DNA of 36,934 nt, filler included, from Candidatus Aminicenantales bacterium (GCA_049512315.1; 8 parts of 8 records of this genome joined end to end with filler, not necessarily neighbours in it); one strand, 5' to 3'. Shown: positions 1 to 11,500, counted from the whole stretch's first letter. The notes: generated from the letters alone by a model not told the origin. Translations and numbers: made by a program.

Positions 1-2421
1 GGCACCTCGCTGGTCACCACCTTTGTCAGCTCGACGCAGTTGACGGCGGTGATTCCCTCTGCCCAGCTCGCCAACGCCGGAACGTTGCCGGTGACGGTGG
101 TGACGCCGAGTCCTGGAGGGGGAACGTCGGACCCGATGGACCTGACGGTGCTCATCACCGTCACGGTCAGCCCATCAAGCCCCATCGTTCTCGTCAGCGA
201 CACGCAGCAATTCACGGCCACGGTGACGGGGAGTACGGATCCGAGTGTGACCTGGTCGGTAACTTGTACGGCCGGGGGCGCGGCGTGCGGCAGCATTAGC
301 AGCATTAATCCTACCTCCGGCCTGTATGTGGCCCCGGATAAACCTCCTTCGCCCGACTACACGGTGACGGTGACGGCAACGATCGTAGCGGCCCCCACCC
401 GCACCGCTTCAGCCTTGGTTGCCGTCGCGTACCCGGCTCCCATTCTTGCATCGATTTCACCTAAAGCGGCCACTGTCGGCGACGGCGGCGTAGTGCTGTG
501 GGTTTTCGGCTCTGACTTTGTGGCACAGTCCACGGTTAAGGCTAATAGTACGGCGCTCACCTCTGTTCTCGTGAGTTCCACCACATTGAGCGCCGCAATC
601 CCGGAGACAATGCTTGGCAGCGCGCGAACGCTGAAGATCACAGTTGTTACACCGGCGCCGGGAGGCGGAACAACGCAGCCGGGCGCGGATTTTGCCGTTT
701 TGGCCGTAAACTACCCACGGTCCACCACAGACAGCGTGCTGCGCGCATCACCGGCGCTTACGTCAATTGTCCCGGGTTCGGGAAAAAGCAAAGTCGCGGT
801 GTTGGACTGGGCCACGGATGGCGTTCATCAGCACCCGGACGACACCCAAGAGGACGCGCTTGCGGCCTGCCACGTGCTTGCTCCCTCCGGCATTCCCCAT
901 GTCCACGTCACGAGTGTGCCGGACCCTGCGGTCTACCCCTTCCTGGTGGTTGCCGGAACGCTAGAGTATTCATATCAATTGACGAATACCGAGCGGGACG
1001 CGCTCCAGTCCTACGTGCAAAACGGCGGGACACTATTCCTCTGGCTGCCGTCCGACACTGGGCTGCTGACGCGGTTGGGGCTCTCTGTTCTGGCCACGCA
1101 CATCGACACGTCTGATACGTATAAGCGTCCATTGACGTTTGATACCGCGACCGGGGACCATGCACTGAACTACATCGATTACAGCAGCCAGAACGCGCTG
1201 GGGGAGGAAGCCGAAGTCGATTGGGAGATGATCTATCCGGGTGGCAATATCCCGACTTACGGATACAGTCCTCCGACAACGGGGCAGGTGCTGGCAAGTT
1301 GGCAAGTTGACGGAACTGCCGCCGCCGTAAGGGCCGACCTGGGGACAGCAGGCAGAGCATACGTTTTCGGTTGGCGGTTGCGACATATCGTCACAGAGGG
1401 AGAGCGCGAGATTGATCGCGATGAGCCTCTGTACAGGGTGCCCTGGACCGACACGCCGCGCCTCGGTGCGGATATTTGCCGGCTGCTGGTGCGCGGCGCC
1501 TACGAAGGTTGGGCGGGAACGAATGCCCAAATTCGTCAGTTCGCGCCGGGCGGGAAAAAGGCCGCCCTGATTGTCACACACGATGTGGACGATGCAACGT
1601 CCTACGAGCAGATGCCGCTATTTGCGCAGTATGAGCACGGTCAGGGGATCACGGCCACCTACAATCTCACCACCAGCCCTTACGACAACGGGCAGGAAGC
1701 TGGCTTCTACAATGCTTCGGGGATACAGGATGCTAAAGACGCACTCGCCTTGGGACACGATATTGAGTCGCACAGTTTCGGTCACTTCTGGGATTTCGCC
1801 GTCGCTGGCAGGGCCCCCTACAGTCTTACCGATCCTCCCACGGAAACGGCAGGGAATTACCAGCCCACGGACCCCTGTTATGGGGATTCTGCTGCAACCG
1901 CGTGTACCACCGGCATGAGTGTCGTGGGAGAGGAAGGGGTTAGCAGATGGCTGCTGGAAAACGATCTTACCATCACCGTGGAGGGCTTTCGCTCGGGCTA
2001 TCTTGCGATACCCGCTCGTTTCTTCGAGGGACTGAGTAATACTGGGTACGTGCGCGACGCCAGTTACGCCTCTGGGGCCACCCGGGGGTCTTTCCCCTTT
2101 GTCGCCTTTCAGGCCCCCGGGGGGGCAGTGACGGCCTATCCCATCGCCGAATATCCCATCGCGCTCTCTGACGATGAGCTGACGGACACGAATTTGGACG
2201 CAGTCCTAGTCAAGTGGGAGAACGTAATCCTGGCCAACTACAACAACAACGCTCCTACCGTCCTCCTGATTCACACCGCGTTGCCAGGTCCGAGACTAGC
2301 AGCCGAGCAAGGAATTATTCAGTGGGTCAAAGACAACAACCTCGATCTCTGGATCGGGGACATGAAGACCTTCGGGCAGTTCTGGGAAACTCAGGGAGTT
2401 ACCTGCGAAAAGGGGTGGTGA
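1..2421 (+). CDS. Ig-like/IPT-TIG repeat protein with C-terminal polysaccharide deacetylase (CE4/NodB-like) domain; 5' partial
   Basis: Frame is open from base 1. Thr/Val/Pro-rich beta-sandwich repeats ([39 protein letters not shown]) precede CE4-type motifs THDVDD, HSFGH, FRSGYL and LLIH. Confidence 0.75.
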   Translation, partial: GTSLVTTFVSSTQLTAVIPSAQLANAGTLPVTVVTPSPGGGTSDPMDLTVLITVTVSPSSPIVLVSDTQQFTATVTGSTDPSVTWSVTCTAGGAACGSISSINPTSGLYVAPDKPPSPDYTVTVTATIVAAPTRTASALVAVAYPAPILASISPKAATVGDGGVVLWVFGSDFVAQSTVKANSTALTSVLVSSTTLSAAIPETMLGSARTLKITVVTPAPGGGTTQPGADFAVLAVNYPRSTTDSVLRASPALTSIVPGSGKSKVAVLDWATDGVHQHPDDTQEDALAACHVLAPSGIPHVHVTSVPDPAVYPFLVVAGTLEYSYQLTNTERDALQSYVQNGGTLFLWLPSDTGLLTRLGLSVLATHIDTSDTYKRPLTFDTATGDHALNYIDYSSQNALGEEAEVDWEMIYPGGNIPTYGYSPPTTGQVLASWQVDGTAAAVRADLGTAGRAYVFGWRLRHIVTEGEREIDRDEPLYRVPWTDTPRLGADICRLLVRGAYEGWAGTNAQIRQFAPGGKKAALIVTHDVDDATSYEQMPLFAQYEHGQGITATYNLTTSPYDNGQEAGFYNASGIQDAKDALALGHDIESHSFGHFWDFAVAGRAPYSLTDPPTETAGNYQPTDPCYGDSAATACTTGMSVVGEEGVSRWLLENDLTITVEGFRSGYLAIPARFFEGLSNTGYVRDASYASGATRGSFPFVAFQAPGGAVTAYPIAEYPIALSDDELTDTNLDAVLVKWENVILANYNNNAPTVLLIHTALPGPRLAAEQGIIQWVKDNNLDLWIGDMKTFGQFWETQGVTCEKGW

Positions 2422-2484
2422 TCAGGTCATGGTTGAGTGCGGCTTGGAGAACTCCCCAAGGCTTTCCACTTCGCCGCGCGCGGC

Positions 2485-2810
2485 ACAGCTTATTCCCCAG
2501 CACCGCCCTTAGCGTCTAAAGGTCCACCGCGGACTCCGCCAACATCTGCTTCAGCCGCCGATTTCCTTCATCCAGGCCCTGCCGCCGGGCCTTGCTCACC
2601 TGCAAACCTTTGTACTTCGCCTTCCCGCGGTAGTGCGTCTAGTCGCAGATCCCGTGCTTCCGGCAGATTTCTTCGCGGTGGTCCCCGTTCTCCTTCAAGA
2701 CCGCAATAATCCGCTCCTCCGTGAATCGGCGCGCCTTCATGTGTGGCTCTCTGTCCGCTTCCTATACCCCCGGAGAACCTGTATTCTTCCTGGTTCAGCT
2801 TTCGTGGGGC
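2485..2810 (-). mobile_element. Degraded IS3-family (IS407-group-like) element: left end plus orfA pseudogene
   Basis: Minus strand from ATG 2740 reads MKARRFTEERIIAVLKENGDHREEICRKHGICD*THYRGKAKYKGLQVSKARRQGLDEGNRRLKQMLAESAVDL*TLRAVLGNKL, an OrfA HTH/zipper pattern with two in-frame stops. A degenerate IR-like sequence lies near 2785-2810. Confidence 0.75.
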
Positions 2811-3564
2811 CCCGGGAGGCCATCACGCGGCGCTCATCGTCACGCACGACGTGGATGACGTTGTGTCCTACCAAAACGTGAACCAATGGGTGGACTTTGA
2901 GACCGGCCTGGGGATCAAATCCACCATGCTGTATACGACCAATCCCTACGACACCGGCTATATCGCCCCTATGTACACGGCTTCCGGATTGGAGGACATT
3001 CAATAGCACGGGATCAGAGACCGCCTCAAATTACCTGCCTGAGTTTGTCCCATCCCCCCCAGACTCCGAGACCTGCTGCACCACCGGCATGACCGTTATC
3101 GGTGAGCTTGGCGTCAGCAAATGGTTGTTGGAAAATGATTTTGGAGGTCCTGTGACGGGCTTTCGGTCGGGTTATCTGGACACCAGCGCGATTCGACTTA
3201 CGCGCTCGGGTTGACACGAGGGTCTTTCCCCTTCGTCGCCTTCGACGTGAACTCCGGGGTGGTGACGACCCATCCCATTATGGAGTACCCGCTGGCAATC
3301 TCTGAGGACCATGTACCCGCGCTCGACCCGACGACCTATTCGCAATACCTGAGCGACTGGGAGACGGTCATTAAAGCTAACTACGCTAACAACGCTCCTA
3401 CAATCCTTTTGATCCACCCCATTGACACGGGCATCCGATTTCAGATTCTCCAGCAACTCCTCACCGACCTTCAGAATCAGGGCTTGGATCTCTGGGTTGG
3501 AGATTGGAAGACGTTCGCGGAGTTCTGGGAAGCGCAGGGCGTAACAAATGCACGGTGGCCTTGA
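2809..3564 (+). pseudogene. Truncated, internally deleted paralog of the upstream deacetylase domain
   Basis: Segments [53 protein letters not shown] and [32 protein letters not shown] match the 1..2421 C-terminus in three frames. Breaks are near 3003 and 3180. Confidence 0.8.
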
Positions 3565-4059
3565 TTACGCATGTTGTGGCGCCCAGCTCCCGGCCGATTA
3601 GGCCAGCGCGAAGGAACCCCCTCGCCGGACAGTCAGCTCGTCTCCTGGGCCTAGCGTGTTGGTGTGTGATACCCAGCTCGCCATTCGAGTCTTATGTCAG
3701 TAATTCTGGCTTCCTTCCCCTTCCTCCTTACTGTTCCCCGTTCCCTATAACCTATATCTCGGAAATCTGGGGTAGAACTCCCTCGCTCTGCCCGAGAACA
3801 CAGCGAGTAGTGGGCGAACGAAGTGTCCAGGGAAACGCGCCACTACCGGTGTCGAGCCTGGCTTCGTGCTGGATGGCAAGTTGAGACAGATGGTGGCGCG
3901 ACACAATCGCCCGGGCCTGAATGGAGACAAACTGACATATACTCTCGGGCGCCGGAAGGCCACGAGGCGAGCCCCGGCTCGGAATCAAAAGGTCAGCTCT
4001 GGGGGACGCGCCGTGGTTCCCCAGCCTAATCTTGTGAAAAGCCTCGAGGAGCGACACCG

Positions 4060-4518
4060 ATGGGCCTGTTGTTCTGTTTTCTGGGAGCAATTTCCTTCGG
4101 CCTGTTAGGCAGTGCGTTGAAGGCCGCGGAACGAAGGAAGGCCAACGCCGCGGGACTGGTCGTCTCGGCCTATGCCTGGCCCGCCCTGATCATGTTGGTG
4201 AGGACCCTGCTTCTCGAGTCAGGTGGGCATGTTCCGACAAAGCTGTATGTGATTGCCGTGATATTTGGAATTTGTGCGGCAGTTGCATCTTTGGCTTTTC
4301 AAGTGTCGATCAGCATCGGCAAGGTCACGGTGGGCTGGCTGATGATGAATCTCTCAGCGGGCGTTCCGGTGGTCGTTTCGATCTGGATGTACCACGAGAA
4401 ATTGACCACTCTGAAGGTGGTGGCGTTCGGGCTGGTGCTCGTCTCAATCTTTTTCCTGTCTTGGGGTCAGGTGATCGAAAAACGCGCCCTCGCCAGCACC
4501 CCCGCGAAAGGAGAATGA
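4060..4518 (+). CDS. EamA/DMT-family membrane protein (single-repeat half)
   Basis: 152 aa with about 5 hydrophobic helices and the DMT signature ..VSIWMYHEKLTTLKVVAFGL. GAGGAG RBS upstream. Confidence 0.7.
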   Translation: MGLLFCFLGAISFGLLGSALKAAERRKANAAGLVVSAYAWPALIMLVRTLLLESGGHVPTKLYVIAVIFGICAAVASLAFQVSISIGKVTVGWLMMNLSAGVPVVVSIWMYHEKLTTLKVVAFGLVLVSIFFLSWGQVIEKRALASTPAKGE

Positions 4519-4525
4519 GTTCGCC

Positions 4526-4945
4526 ATGTGGTTCCTGCTGATGCTCGTGATACTTCTCACCAACGGAATGAGCGCCTTCGGCCTCAAGATGATCGCGGGA
4601 TGGGGGCTTCCCGAGACCGTCAAATACCCCTACTTGACCGTTTGGTACGCCGGCGGCTTGGCGGCGATTGCCCTGCCGATGCTATGGAAAGGGATGCGAG
4701 TTGGGAAGACGGAACTCTTTTGGGGAGGTGTGACGGGAGCCCTGAGCATCGGAGGGCAAATCGCGATGGCAGTCGCACTGAGTTCAGGTGTCCCTGGACA
4801 CGTGGTGTTTCCCATCGCCATTGGCGGCTCGATTTTCGTCGTGGCCCTGGCCGGGCGGCTGGTGTTCGGCGAGCGCATGAATCCACCCACCGCCCTGGGC
4901 GTGGCCTTGGGGTTCATCGCGGTCGTTCTTCTGGGTGTGAGCTGA
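4526..4945 (+). CDS. EamA/DMT-family membrane protein (single-repeat half)
   Basis: 139 aa, hydrophobic, with VVFPI..LVFGERMNPPTALGVALG. Starts 7 nt after the previous gene. Confidence 0.7.
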   Translation: MWFLLMLVILLTNGMSAFGLKMIAGWGLPETVKYPYLTVWYAGGLAAIALPMLWKGMRVGKTELFWGGVTGALSIGGQIAMAVALSSGVPGHVVFPIAIGGSIFVVALAGRLVFGERMNPPTALGVALGFIAVVLLGVS

Positions 4946-4972
4946 AGAATCTCCAAGGGGATCGAGGGTACT

Positions 4973-5827
4973 CTACTCGACATCGCCCTTGAGCCACTCC
5001 GCTTTGACTTCCTCGATCACCTCCCGGGCTGCCTGCTCAACCTGCTGTTCTCCCCAGTGGGGGTCAAAGTGGGTACGCGGGTCCTGCGCCTCGCGCAGGG
5101 TGTGGTCGGGGGTAGGCACGCAATCGAAAGTCTCTCCATCCACGATGGCGAAGTCCACATTGTGCAGCTTGCCCGTGGCGGGGAGCTGGGAAAGATCAAC
5201 CGAGCCCGGCCAGGTCGCCTCCAACATCGAGGTCTCTTCCGCGGCAGCATGGCCTATCGCCCCGGCTACGAGTGACTGCGGAAATCCCGGGTAGACCCAC
5301 CTGACCCGCCGGGGCGCGTAGCCGGCGTTGAATTCGCGGCAAAGCCGGTCCAGCACCGCCCGCTGGTTATCGGCGCCATGCCCGTTCACGATGAGCACGC
5401 GACGGAAGCGCAGGCGCGCGAAGAGAATATGGAGGGTGTCGCGCACCACCGCCGCAAATACTTCCTCTCGAAAATAGGCGCTGGCCACCGAGTTCTTGGG
5501 AAAATCCATTCCCTCAATGAAGGCATCGCGGCTGAACCCCAGCGACTCCAGCATGTTGGGATTGCGCTCGCGCTCCGTCCCGACGAACAGCGGAGGGAAA
5601 TACGGACACTGGAATTCGCGAGCCAGGCGGCGGGCGAAGGCGTGCGCCAGCAGATTGTCGCAGCCCATGGCCAGGTGCGGCCCGTGCCACTCCACGGGAG
5701 CCAGCGGGAGCAGCACCAAGCCGTTGCGTTCCCGGGCCGCAGCCACTTCCTGGGGGAATAAGAAGGCCATATTCCAGTCCCCTTGCTCGATGGGACGTTT
5801 ATTCCCGGTTCCTTTACCGTCCGGCAT
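4973..5827 (-). CDS. Creatininase (creatinine amidohydrolase)-family protein
   Basis: Motifs EWHGPHLAMGCD, NGHGADN and HAAAEETS match the family patterns EqHGpHL..gtD, NgHGGN and HAg..ETS. GAGGAGGAG RBS before ATG 5827. Confidence 0.85.
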   Translation of the reverse strand: MPDGKGTGNKRPIEQGDWNMAFLFPQEVAAARERNGLVLLPLAPVEWHGPHLAMGCDNLLAHAFARRLAREFQCPYFPPLFVGTERERNPNMLESLGFSRDAFIEGMDFPKNSVASAYFREEVFAAVVRDTLHILFARLRFRRVLIVNGHGADNQRAVLDRLCREFNAGYAPRRVRWVYPGFPQSLVAGAIGHAAAEETSMLEATWPGSVDLSQLPATGKLHNVDFAIVDGETFDCVPTPDHTLREAQDPRTHFDPHWGEQQVEQAAREVIEEVKAEWLKGDVE

Positions 5828-6059
5828 TTAGCTCCTCCTCCAGAAATAGCGTTTGGCAGTCAAAGACCAAGAAGATAACTCCCTGACTATCTTCGCCCAC
5901 TGCTCCGGTCGAGGCAAGTGGCGCCGCGATCATTGTCATCGCGCAGAAGTCCGTGTAACCTTCCGAGAACTCCTCCCATTAGACGTGCCGCGTTGACTTG
6001 GCTCTAAACGCGGCCTGAGATTGGCGTCAAAGAAGGTTTCCTTCCACGAGCGGTACGGT

Positions 6060-8093
6060 TTACGGCCCCACCTGGAAGGTTCCCACCAAGGTCACGTTGC
6101 GGGAGGAATTCCCAAGATACACAGAGTAGTCGCCCGGGGCGATCTGCCATCGGGTGAAAGCAACGTCCCAATAGGACATGGGATGGGATGAATCGTTGGC
6201 GTTGACGGTCACCGTCGCCTGGCGCGTTTCGTTGGGCTGGAGAGAAACCTTCTGCCATCCGACCAAACGTTTGGGCGGCTCGCCCATGCCGGACGGCAGC
6301 GCCAGATACACCTGCGCGACTTCCGCTCCGGCGCGCGTTCCCGTATTGGTCACGGCGAAGCTCACCTGGAAACCGTCCGTGACGGGGGTTGAAGGCGTCA
6401 GTTGCTGAGCTGAGATGGCGAAGCTTGTGTACGAGAGTCCGTACCCGAAGGGAAACAGCGGTGTGATGCCCTCGGCGTCGTACCACTTGTACCCGACGTT
6501 CAGCCCTTCCGGGTAGTTCACGGCGAACGGCGTGGTGGGGTCGGGCGGAGTGGCGATCGTCGGGTGAGGCAAGTCGGCGACACTTGCGGGAAAACTAATC
6601 GGCAGTTTTCCGGAGGGATTCACCTTGCCAAACAGGATGTTGGCGATGGCCTCGCCGCCCTTCTGGCCGGGGAACCATGCCTCCAGAACCGCGCTGACGT
6701 CGGCGAGCCACGGCATCGCCTGCGCGCCGCCGCTCTCAATGACCACGATGGTGCGCGGATTCGCGGCCGCCACGGCAGCGACCAGATCATCCTGCTGGTT
6801 CGAGAAATTGAGGTCGGCGAGATCCATGCCTTCGCTTTCCCACTCGCTCACGAAGACGATGGCGACGTCGGAGATGCTTGCCAGCGCGGCCGCCGAAGTG
6901 AAATCTGCGCCGTCGTTGAAGCTTACGCTGGCACCGGGCGCCTGGCCTTGAATCGCCTGGAGAGGCGAAGACGGATCCCAGATCACCGAGCCCCAGCAGG
7001 GAGGACAGGGGGCGGGCAAGCTGAGCGCCGCTCCGCCCACGGGGACCACCTGGGCCGAGCCACCACCGGAAAGCACGGCCACGTCGGCGTGCGATCCGAT
7101 GACGGCGATGGAGGTGATACTGGACGCGTCGAGCGGCAGCAACCCGCCCGCGTTCTTGAGCAGAACCGCTCCCTGCTCCTCCGCTTCCTGGGCGATGGCC
7201 GCGTCGCCGGCGACGTCGAGCGTTCCCAGCGTCGCGGGATAATCAAACAGTCCGGACACGATCATGGCGCGCAGGATCCGGTGCACCATGTTGTCGAGAC
7301 GCGAGGCCGGCAGTCGGCCGCTCTGCAAGTCCGCGGCGAGCGATGAGAAGTAGTCGGCGCCCGGTTGCTCCTGATCCAGGCCGGCGAGGGCGGCAGCCGC
7401 AGAGCTGTGCGTCGCCCACCAGTCCGACATGACAAAACCCCGGAAGCCCCAATCTCCTTTCAGGATTTCGTTCAGCAGGTGGGGATTCTCGCAGGCATAA
7501 ACGCTGTTGAGGAGGTTGTAGGAGCACATCACCGACTGCACGCCCGAATCCTGGACGCCAATTTCGAACGCCAGCAGATCGCTCTCGCGGGCCCCACGCT
7601 CGTCGATGACCACATCGGCCGTGCCGCGCCCCGTCTCCTGGTCATTGAGCGCGAAATGCTTGATGCCGGCGATGAGATGCAACGCCTGAATGGCGCCGAG
7701 ATGCGCCGCCGTGATCCGGCCGGCCAGAATGGGATCTTCGCCCTTGGTCTCGAACGTGCGGCCATCGCGCGGTTCGCGGCCAATCAGGTTCACGTTTCCA
7801 CCCAGATTGACGTTCACGCCGTAAGCGCGCATCTCCTTGCCGATCACCTGCCCGTACTTGTACGCCTCATCCAGATCCCAACTTGCGGCGCTGGCCATCG
7901 ACGACGGCAGCGCGGTTGCCTGTCCCACTCCATTGCCCACGCCGACGCTGCCATCCACCAGATAAAGGTCGGGGATGCCGAGCCGGGGGATGCCGGGAAC
8001 GTAGCCGGCGCCGCCCCGAGGGAAATTCATATTGTCGGACGCGCCATGCACCAGTTGAAGCTTCTCGGCTTGCGTCATCCGGGCGATCAGCCA
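6060..8093 (-). CDS. Glycoside hydrolase family 3 (beta-glucosidase-like) with Fn3-like C-terminus; 5' partial
   Basis: GRTFETKGEDP, KHFALNDQE, catalytic VMSDW, VLLKN, PFGYGLSYT and GAEVAQVY. The frame is open to the contig edge. Confidence 0.92.
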   Translation of the reverse strand, partial: WLIARMTQAEKLQLVHGASDNMNFPRGGAGYVPGIPRLGIPDLYLVDGSVGVGNGVGQATALPSSMASAASWDLDEAYKYGQVIGKEMRAYGVNVNLGGNVNLIGREPRDGRTFETKGEDPILAGRITAAHLGAIQALHLIAGIKHFALNDQETGRGTADVVIDERGARESDLLAFEIGVQDSGVQSVMCSYNLLNSVYACENPHLLNEILKGDWGFRGFVMSDWWATHSSAAAALAGLDQEQPGADYFSSLAADLQSGRLPASRLDNMVHRILRAMIVSGLFDYPATLGTLDVAGDAAIAQEAEEQGAVLLKNAGGLLPLDASSITSIAVIGSHADVAVLSGGGSAQVVPVGGAALSLPAPCPPCWGSVIWDPSSPLQAIQGQAPGASVSFNDGADFTSAAALASISDVAIVFVSEWESEGMDLADLNFSNQQDDLVAAVAAANPRTIVVIESGGAQAMPWLADVSAVLEAWFPGQKGGEAIANILFGKVNPSGKLPISFPASVADLPHPTIATPPDPTTPFAVNYPEGLNVGYKWYDAEGITPLFPFGYGLSYTSFAISAQQLTPSTPVTDGFQVSFAVTNTGTRAGAEVAQVYLALPSGMGEPPKRLVGWQKVSLQPNETRQATVTVNANDSSHPMSYWDVAFTRWQIAPGDYSVYLGNSSRNVTLVGTFQVGP

Positions 8094-8193
8094 NNNNNNN
8101 NNNNNNNNNNNNNNNNNNNNNNNNNNNNNNNNNNNNNTTAATTAATTAANNNNNNNNNNNNNNNNNNNNNNNNNNNNNNNNNNNNNNNNNNNN
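8094..8193. other. Artificial contig linker
   Basis: N44-TTAATTAATTAA-N44, which gives stops in all six frames. Confidence 0.98.
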
Positions 8194-8313
8194 ACCTATA
8201 ACCATATCCGGCCCCATCAATCGCTTGATTATCTGACGCCGGCCGAATATTATCAGGCCTGGCTTAAAACTCATACTCAGCCCACCGCGTCACTAATGTA
8301 GTGGACGAGATCA
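8194..8313 (+). mobile_element. IS481-family (rve) transposase 3' end and right terminal IR
   Basis: Reads TYNHIRPHQSLDYLTPAEYYQAWLKTHTQPTASLM* (integrase-core YN..RPH.SL...TP motif) and ends GTCACTAATGTAGTGGACGAGATCA. Confidence 0.7.
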
Positions 8314-8318
8314 GGGGC

Positions 8319-8346
8319 TTGACAAGGCCTCCGGAGAAATTATAAA
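8319..8346 (+). promoter_or_regulatory. Sigma70-type promoter for the TonB-dependent receptor
   Basis: TTGACA-16 nt-TATAAA, about 205 nt upstream of ATG 8553. Confidence 0.6.
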
Positions 8347-8552
8347 AATATCATATATCTCCCGGAGAGGAGTTTCTTATTACGAAAACTCTTTCGAGAA
8401 TCGTCGATATGACGGAAAATCATCAAAATGGATAGGAGGGAGGTAGAGGTAAGAGATCAAAAAAAAGCACGCGGACGGATGTTTTCGCCGGCCGGCTCCG
8501 GCGGAGACAGGGATCGCGAGAAACGAGTAAAGACAGGAGGTTAGTAATTCAG

Positions 8553-11500
8553 ATGACAAAAAAAATCCTCATCATGACCTGCGTCTTTGCGCTATGCCTC
8601 GCCTTTATCAACGTGAAGGTCGCCCGGGCCCAGTCCGTCCTGGAAGGGAAGATCACGGGCACGATCACGGACGATAAAGGCGAGCCGCTTCCCGGAGTGG
8701 CGGTCGAGCTCAAAGGGCCCAGCATCATGGGCAAGCGGTCGACGGTGACCTCGGCCAGAGGCGGTTACGTATTCCTCAACGTGCCTCCGGGAATATTCAC
8801 CCTCACGGCGACGATGCCCGGCTTCAAGACGTTCATCCGGGAGGATCTCAATCTCGGGGCGGGCAAAGTCCTCGATGTCAATCCGGCGCTCCAGATAGGA
8901 GCCATCGAGGAATCGGTGACGGTCGTGGGGGCCAGCCCGATCGTCGACGTCAAGACCTCGACGGTCGATTCACGGCTGGAGAAGGAACTGATCGCCAGGC
9001 TGCCTACGAGCCGTGACGCCTTCTACGACCTCTCCCTGACCACGCCCGGCATGTACGACCACGGCAGCTCCGCCGGCTGGCTGCCTAGCCCGACGGCCTA
9101 CAGCAGCGCATCGAACGAGAACGTCTTCCTCGTCAACGGCGTCAACGCCACGAACCCCCGGGGCGCGTCTTTCGGGCCCCTGGTCCACGTCAACTACAAC
9201 GCCGTCGAGGAGGTCCGCGTCGTCGCCCTGGGCTCGAAGGCCGAATACGGGAGCTTCTCGGGTGCCGCGATCGACGTCCTGACAAAATCCGGCAGCAACA
9301 AGTTCCACGGCAACGCGGCCTTCTACTACGTGCCGGTGAGCTGGGAGAAGAGCAACGCGCCGGGGCTATCCGAGACCTACGGGACGTCGTGGCTCTCCAT
9401 CAACCCGGACGTCCTGCTCTACAGCGGCCACCCCAACCACAACTACGAGGCGAACGCGACCTTCGGTGGCCCGATCCTCAAGGACAAGGTCTGGTTCTTC
9501 GGCGCCTTCGACTACAACAACGGCGCCGAGCCCGGCGCGCTCGGCCCGACGGTCACCTCCCACAGCTGGGGGCGCTACATCGACGCCAAGCTCTCGGCCG
9601 AACCTTTCAAGAACCAGCGGGCCTGGTTCGCGTACCACAACGAGGGCAACTCCTACGACGGCGGGAGCTGGGGAAGTCAGCCGTTTTGGGACCCGACAGC
9701 GAGCTACGGCGTGCGGTCGAAGAACAACACGGTTTCCGCCCAGTGGCAGTGGCTGCCCCTGAGCACGACCATCGTCACGGCCAAGTACCTCGGCTTCATG
9801 ACGAACGACACGCCGTTCCTCCCGTCGGAGCGCCCCAGCAACCCCCTCTTCTTCAACTGGTGGAAATGGTGCCCCAACTTCGGCATCGAAGGAGCCTTCC
9901 CGTGGATCGAAGGCTGGCACTCCAATCGCCAGACGGTCCAGGCGGACGTCTCGCACTACGCGGAGAATTTCCTGGGCGAGCATGACCTCAAGTTCGGCGC
10001 CCAGTGGACGAGGGGCCGCAGCAACTCCCTCGGCGGCTACTTCCAGAACTACTACAACTCCCTCTATCCCTATCGCTATACCCAGAGCATCGCCTACATG
10101 CAGAGCTGGTACGGCGATACCGGCCTCATCTTCTTCAATAACCACGTTGTGAGGAATCCCTTCCTGACCGTCGGCACGTCCGACTCCCTGGCGTTCTTCC
10201 TCGACGACCAGTGGTCGGTGAGTAAGAGGTTCACGGTCAACCTGGGGCTCCGTTACGACCACATGTCGGCGAAGTACGGCCACGGTTCTGAGTATGCGCC
10301 GTTGGCGTCGCCCGAGGACATCGCCAACCCGACCGTCATCCGCACGCGGGCCGATTCTCCCGATATCTTCAATTTCAAGACCTGGTCGCCCCGCATCGGC
10401 CTAACCTACCAGCTGACCAAGGACGCCAAGACGGCGGCCCGGGCGAGTTACGGCCGGTATTACCTGCCCATCACCGTCGAGTACCTCAGGCGTCTCGGCC
10501 CCGACCTGCCCATTGCAACCAACCATTATACCAGGTATGAGGTCCCCTGGAGCCTCGCGGACGCCAACGGTGACGGCTTCATCGACGCCGCGGAGACGTA
10601 CAATACGTCCCGCTATGTCGCCCAAGGCATCCTCGACGGGTCGCTGACCCCCATCTACTCGGAGGTAATCACCTCAGATCAATCTTACACCCTCAACGTC
10701 GCGAACAATCTCAAGGACCAGTACACCGACCAATTCACGTTCAACCTCGAACGCGAGATCTTCAAGGATTTCTCGGTCAGCGCGACATTCATCTACAAGC
10801 ACTCGAGCCACCTCTTCGCCAACATCCCGGTTCTGGGAGCGACTCCGCCGAACACCGCTCTCGGACTGCAGCAGGGGGATATCTGGCCCTACGACCGCAA
10901 GCCGTCCACGACCCTCGACGGGACGAGCGTCGATCTCTACAGCATCAAGGTCCTGGATTACAACGGCGACGGGGTCGTCAACGGGCTTGACGTTGCCTGG
11001 ATCGGCTCGCATTCGGGCTCCCAGGTCATGAACCTGGACTCGCCGGAAGTCCAGGACCTCATCGGGAGCAAGGCCAAGCGCGATTTCACGGGCTACCAGC
11101 TCGTCTTCAACAAGCGGTATTCGAACCGCTGGCAGGCCCTGGCTTCGCTCCTCTTCTCCAATTCGACCGGCTTTGGCGACCGCGTCTTCGCCCAGGACAT
11201 GAACTTCGAGGGCCCGATGGTCACGGACAACAATTTCATGGGCTCGATGAACTACACCATCAACAACCTGACCGGGACCTTGCCGTTCACGCCCAAGTTC
11301 GAGCTCAAGATCTCCGGTTCCTACACCATCCCCAAGGTCGAGCTGGACCTCGGCCTCCGCTTCCGGATGCATACGGGCCGTCCCGTCTGGGAGCTGCAGA
11401 GCCTCAATGAAATCTCGCAGTGGAATTACGGCAGTACCCCAGCGGACGCCGTCGTCGAGGGCGGGGTCGGGACGATCGTCGGGGTGTCAAAGCCCCACTA

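Noticed and set aside
3700..3780. Pyrimidine-rich stretch ending CTCGGAAATCTGGG as an IS end
   Set aside because: There is no partner IR or transposase fragment, so the evidence is too weak.
3900..4059. Guanidine (ykkC) riboswitch before the EamA pair
   Set aside because: There is only a loose AAAAGCC..GAG resemblance, and the conserved 5' core is absent.
8138..8149. Repeated TTAATTAATTAA as a biological repeat or CRISPR
   Set aside because: It is always centred in N44 runs, so it is an artificial six-frame stop linker.
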